Part shown: in pieces, positions 62,166 through 64,000 of the stretch
Numbering within the stretch: the first letter of the stretch is position 1
Layout of the letters: each line of letters starts with the position of its first letter
From: Octopus sinensis
Taxonomy: Eukaryota
DNA length: 64,000 nt
Direction: 5' to 3'
Assembly: GCF_006345805.1 (NCBI RefSeq)
Contig: NC_043005.1
Coordinates: forward strand, 53,382,001 to 53,446,000
Notes under the pieces: generated by a model
What the model saw: the letters and a program-made list of their open reading frames with translations, nothing else
Database searches by the model: none
What the model was told of the DNA's origin: nothing
Made by a program: the position numbers and the translations under genes

Positions 62166-63724
62166 AATACATACATACATACATACACATACCTGCATAC
62201 ATACATACATACATACATACATGTATACAGGCATACAAGCATACTATTGAATTAAAATAGTAATGTTTATTGCCATATGTTTGTGCTTACGAAGATGAGT
62301 AACTCTAAAGTGCATGTGTTGAATACGATCACATGCACCTATCTATAGATTGTTCAATATGATTTGAGATAATCGAAATAATAAGAGTAGTAGACTTCGA
62401 ATATTTTGCTCTTTAGTTTTCATATTTTGGACTGGAATTGTAAAAATTGAGCGAGTTTTTCTCCTTAGATTTATTTACTTTTTATTGTCTCGAATTAATT
62501 ATTCTCTTTTAAGTCTAAGGATATGACAGACATAAAGCCAATAAATAGAGATGCACATGAAATTCTGTTTTTTATTATCTCTTTTTCTAATAACGCCAAA
62601 ATATTAATCATCTTTCTGAGTTACAAACTTATATTTCTGCTGATTTAAATTAATATATAATTAATGTATAATTACAGTCGAGTTTGTCGTTAAAAATAAG
62701 ACTAAGAGCCGAGTCAATGGCGCCAACGCGCAACTATCAACGTCGACTACTATGAAAGAGAAATTAGGAAGTCATCAACACAGTCTCTCTTATTTGCAGT
62801 TCGGTCACATTTGCGAAAGATGGTGCACTGATCGTCGTCAGTACCATATTTTATCGACTCCAAAAGGATATATTCAAATGCCTTCTCTAGAAAGCTGATG
62901 TCTGAGCATGCTCATTTTGAGAGAACACTTCACTATACTTTCCTGTTTTTGCAATATCGGTGCAGTTAATGACATAGAAGCATTACAAAACACCAATGTT
63001 TGACTATAACTCACCTTCAAGCACTCATCCATTGCTGGATGTAATTCGGAGTATTTACTTTACAAGGTTCTACTCCTTTATTTCGTAGTCTGCTGTCTTC
63101 AGAGATTTCGCTTCACACACAGGTAGTTCTGGGGCCGATTCTGCTGCGCCTGCACCTTGGGACAATCTCTTTTATGTAGACTAGCTTCTAATCTAGTCTA
63201 CATAACACTAGTAAAAGAAATTAAGAAAACGGAAACCATACAGAGGACTTCCGAATAGACTTTAACTGGTATTGGGTAGAAAACTTAATTAATCGCTCTG
63301 CCTAATATCAGCAACTGGTTCGTAGGGGCTTGTAAGCCAAGTTCACTCAGTATACAAGTCTTCGAACCTGGTTTCCGATTTAATGATAAATAGTTCGTTA
63401 CATGCTACTCAGTAACTATGGAGTCCAGGTATTATATTCCTTTCTCTTCACCAGATCTGGAGGCCCTGAAAAGGATCATGTTTGCTTTCCTTTCTCATCT
63501 GGCTAAGCCACAAAAATGTTGACTAAGACTAAGGTATTTAAAAAACGGTTTTTATTCTTAGGTACAGCATAAATGTCAGAGACACCATGCGAACTGTGGA
63601 CCCTCGGATTGTTACATAACATACCAAGTAACAGCAATTCATGTCTCTCAATAATTTAATAGTCATACGTTTCTACCACATAATCTAGAGGCACATGCAA
63701 TTTTGTTACCATACCATGTTATAC

Positions 63725-63790
63725 ACCACACACACACACACACATATACACACGCGCGCACAGACACACACACACACACCACACACATAT

Positions 63791-63821
<31 letters not shown>

Positions 63822-63870
63822 TAGACATACACGCATACACATAGGTACACATACACATAGATACAGTAAA
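63725..63870. repeat. (CA)n-rich microsatellite
   Basis: Direct reading. Confidence 0.9.
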
Positions 63871-64000
63871 CACATGCGTGTACAGACCAATCAATTAACC
63901 AATCTAGCAACCACTTTCCATTTTAAACTCCATATTGAATTTACTCGAGTAACGTAAATTTCTATCAGTGAGACAAATGTATCAGATGACTTTTACTATA

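Overview
Eukaryotic, AT-rich, repeat-saturated DNA, very probably an octopus (cephalopod) genome; this is inferred from recalled SINE families and the extreme microsatellite load, not from a database search. No host protein-coding gene can be identified with confidence, and nearly all ORFs in the track are microsatellite artefacts. Supported content: about 30 tRNA-type SINE copies in four families; five fossil Tc1/mariner transposons; a hAT/Buster 3' half; RTE and CR1-like LINE ends; two non-autonomous Helitrons; and one CpG-rich promoter-like island (about 56.0-56.2 kb) with a nearby G-quadruplex motif. The most notable signal is a set of about eight hammerhead-ribozyme (HHR) motifs or relics in Penelope-like (PLE) repeats. 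These include a 510-bp-unit, 1.36-mer retrozyme-like element (25653-26348), a tRNA-headed SINE carrying an HHR, and four inverted-repeat PLE insertions. Also present are a loopless palindrome of about 120 bp, an unidentified hairpin-plus-ORF element at 7.7-8.3 kb, and an inverted duplication flanking a candidate exon. Repeat boundaries are approximate.
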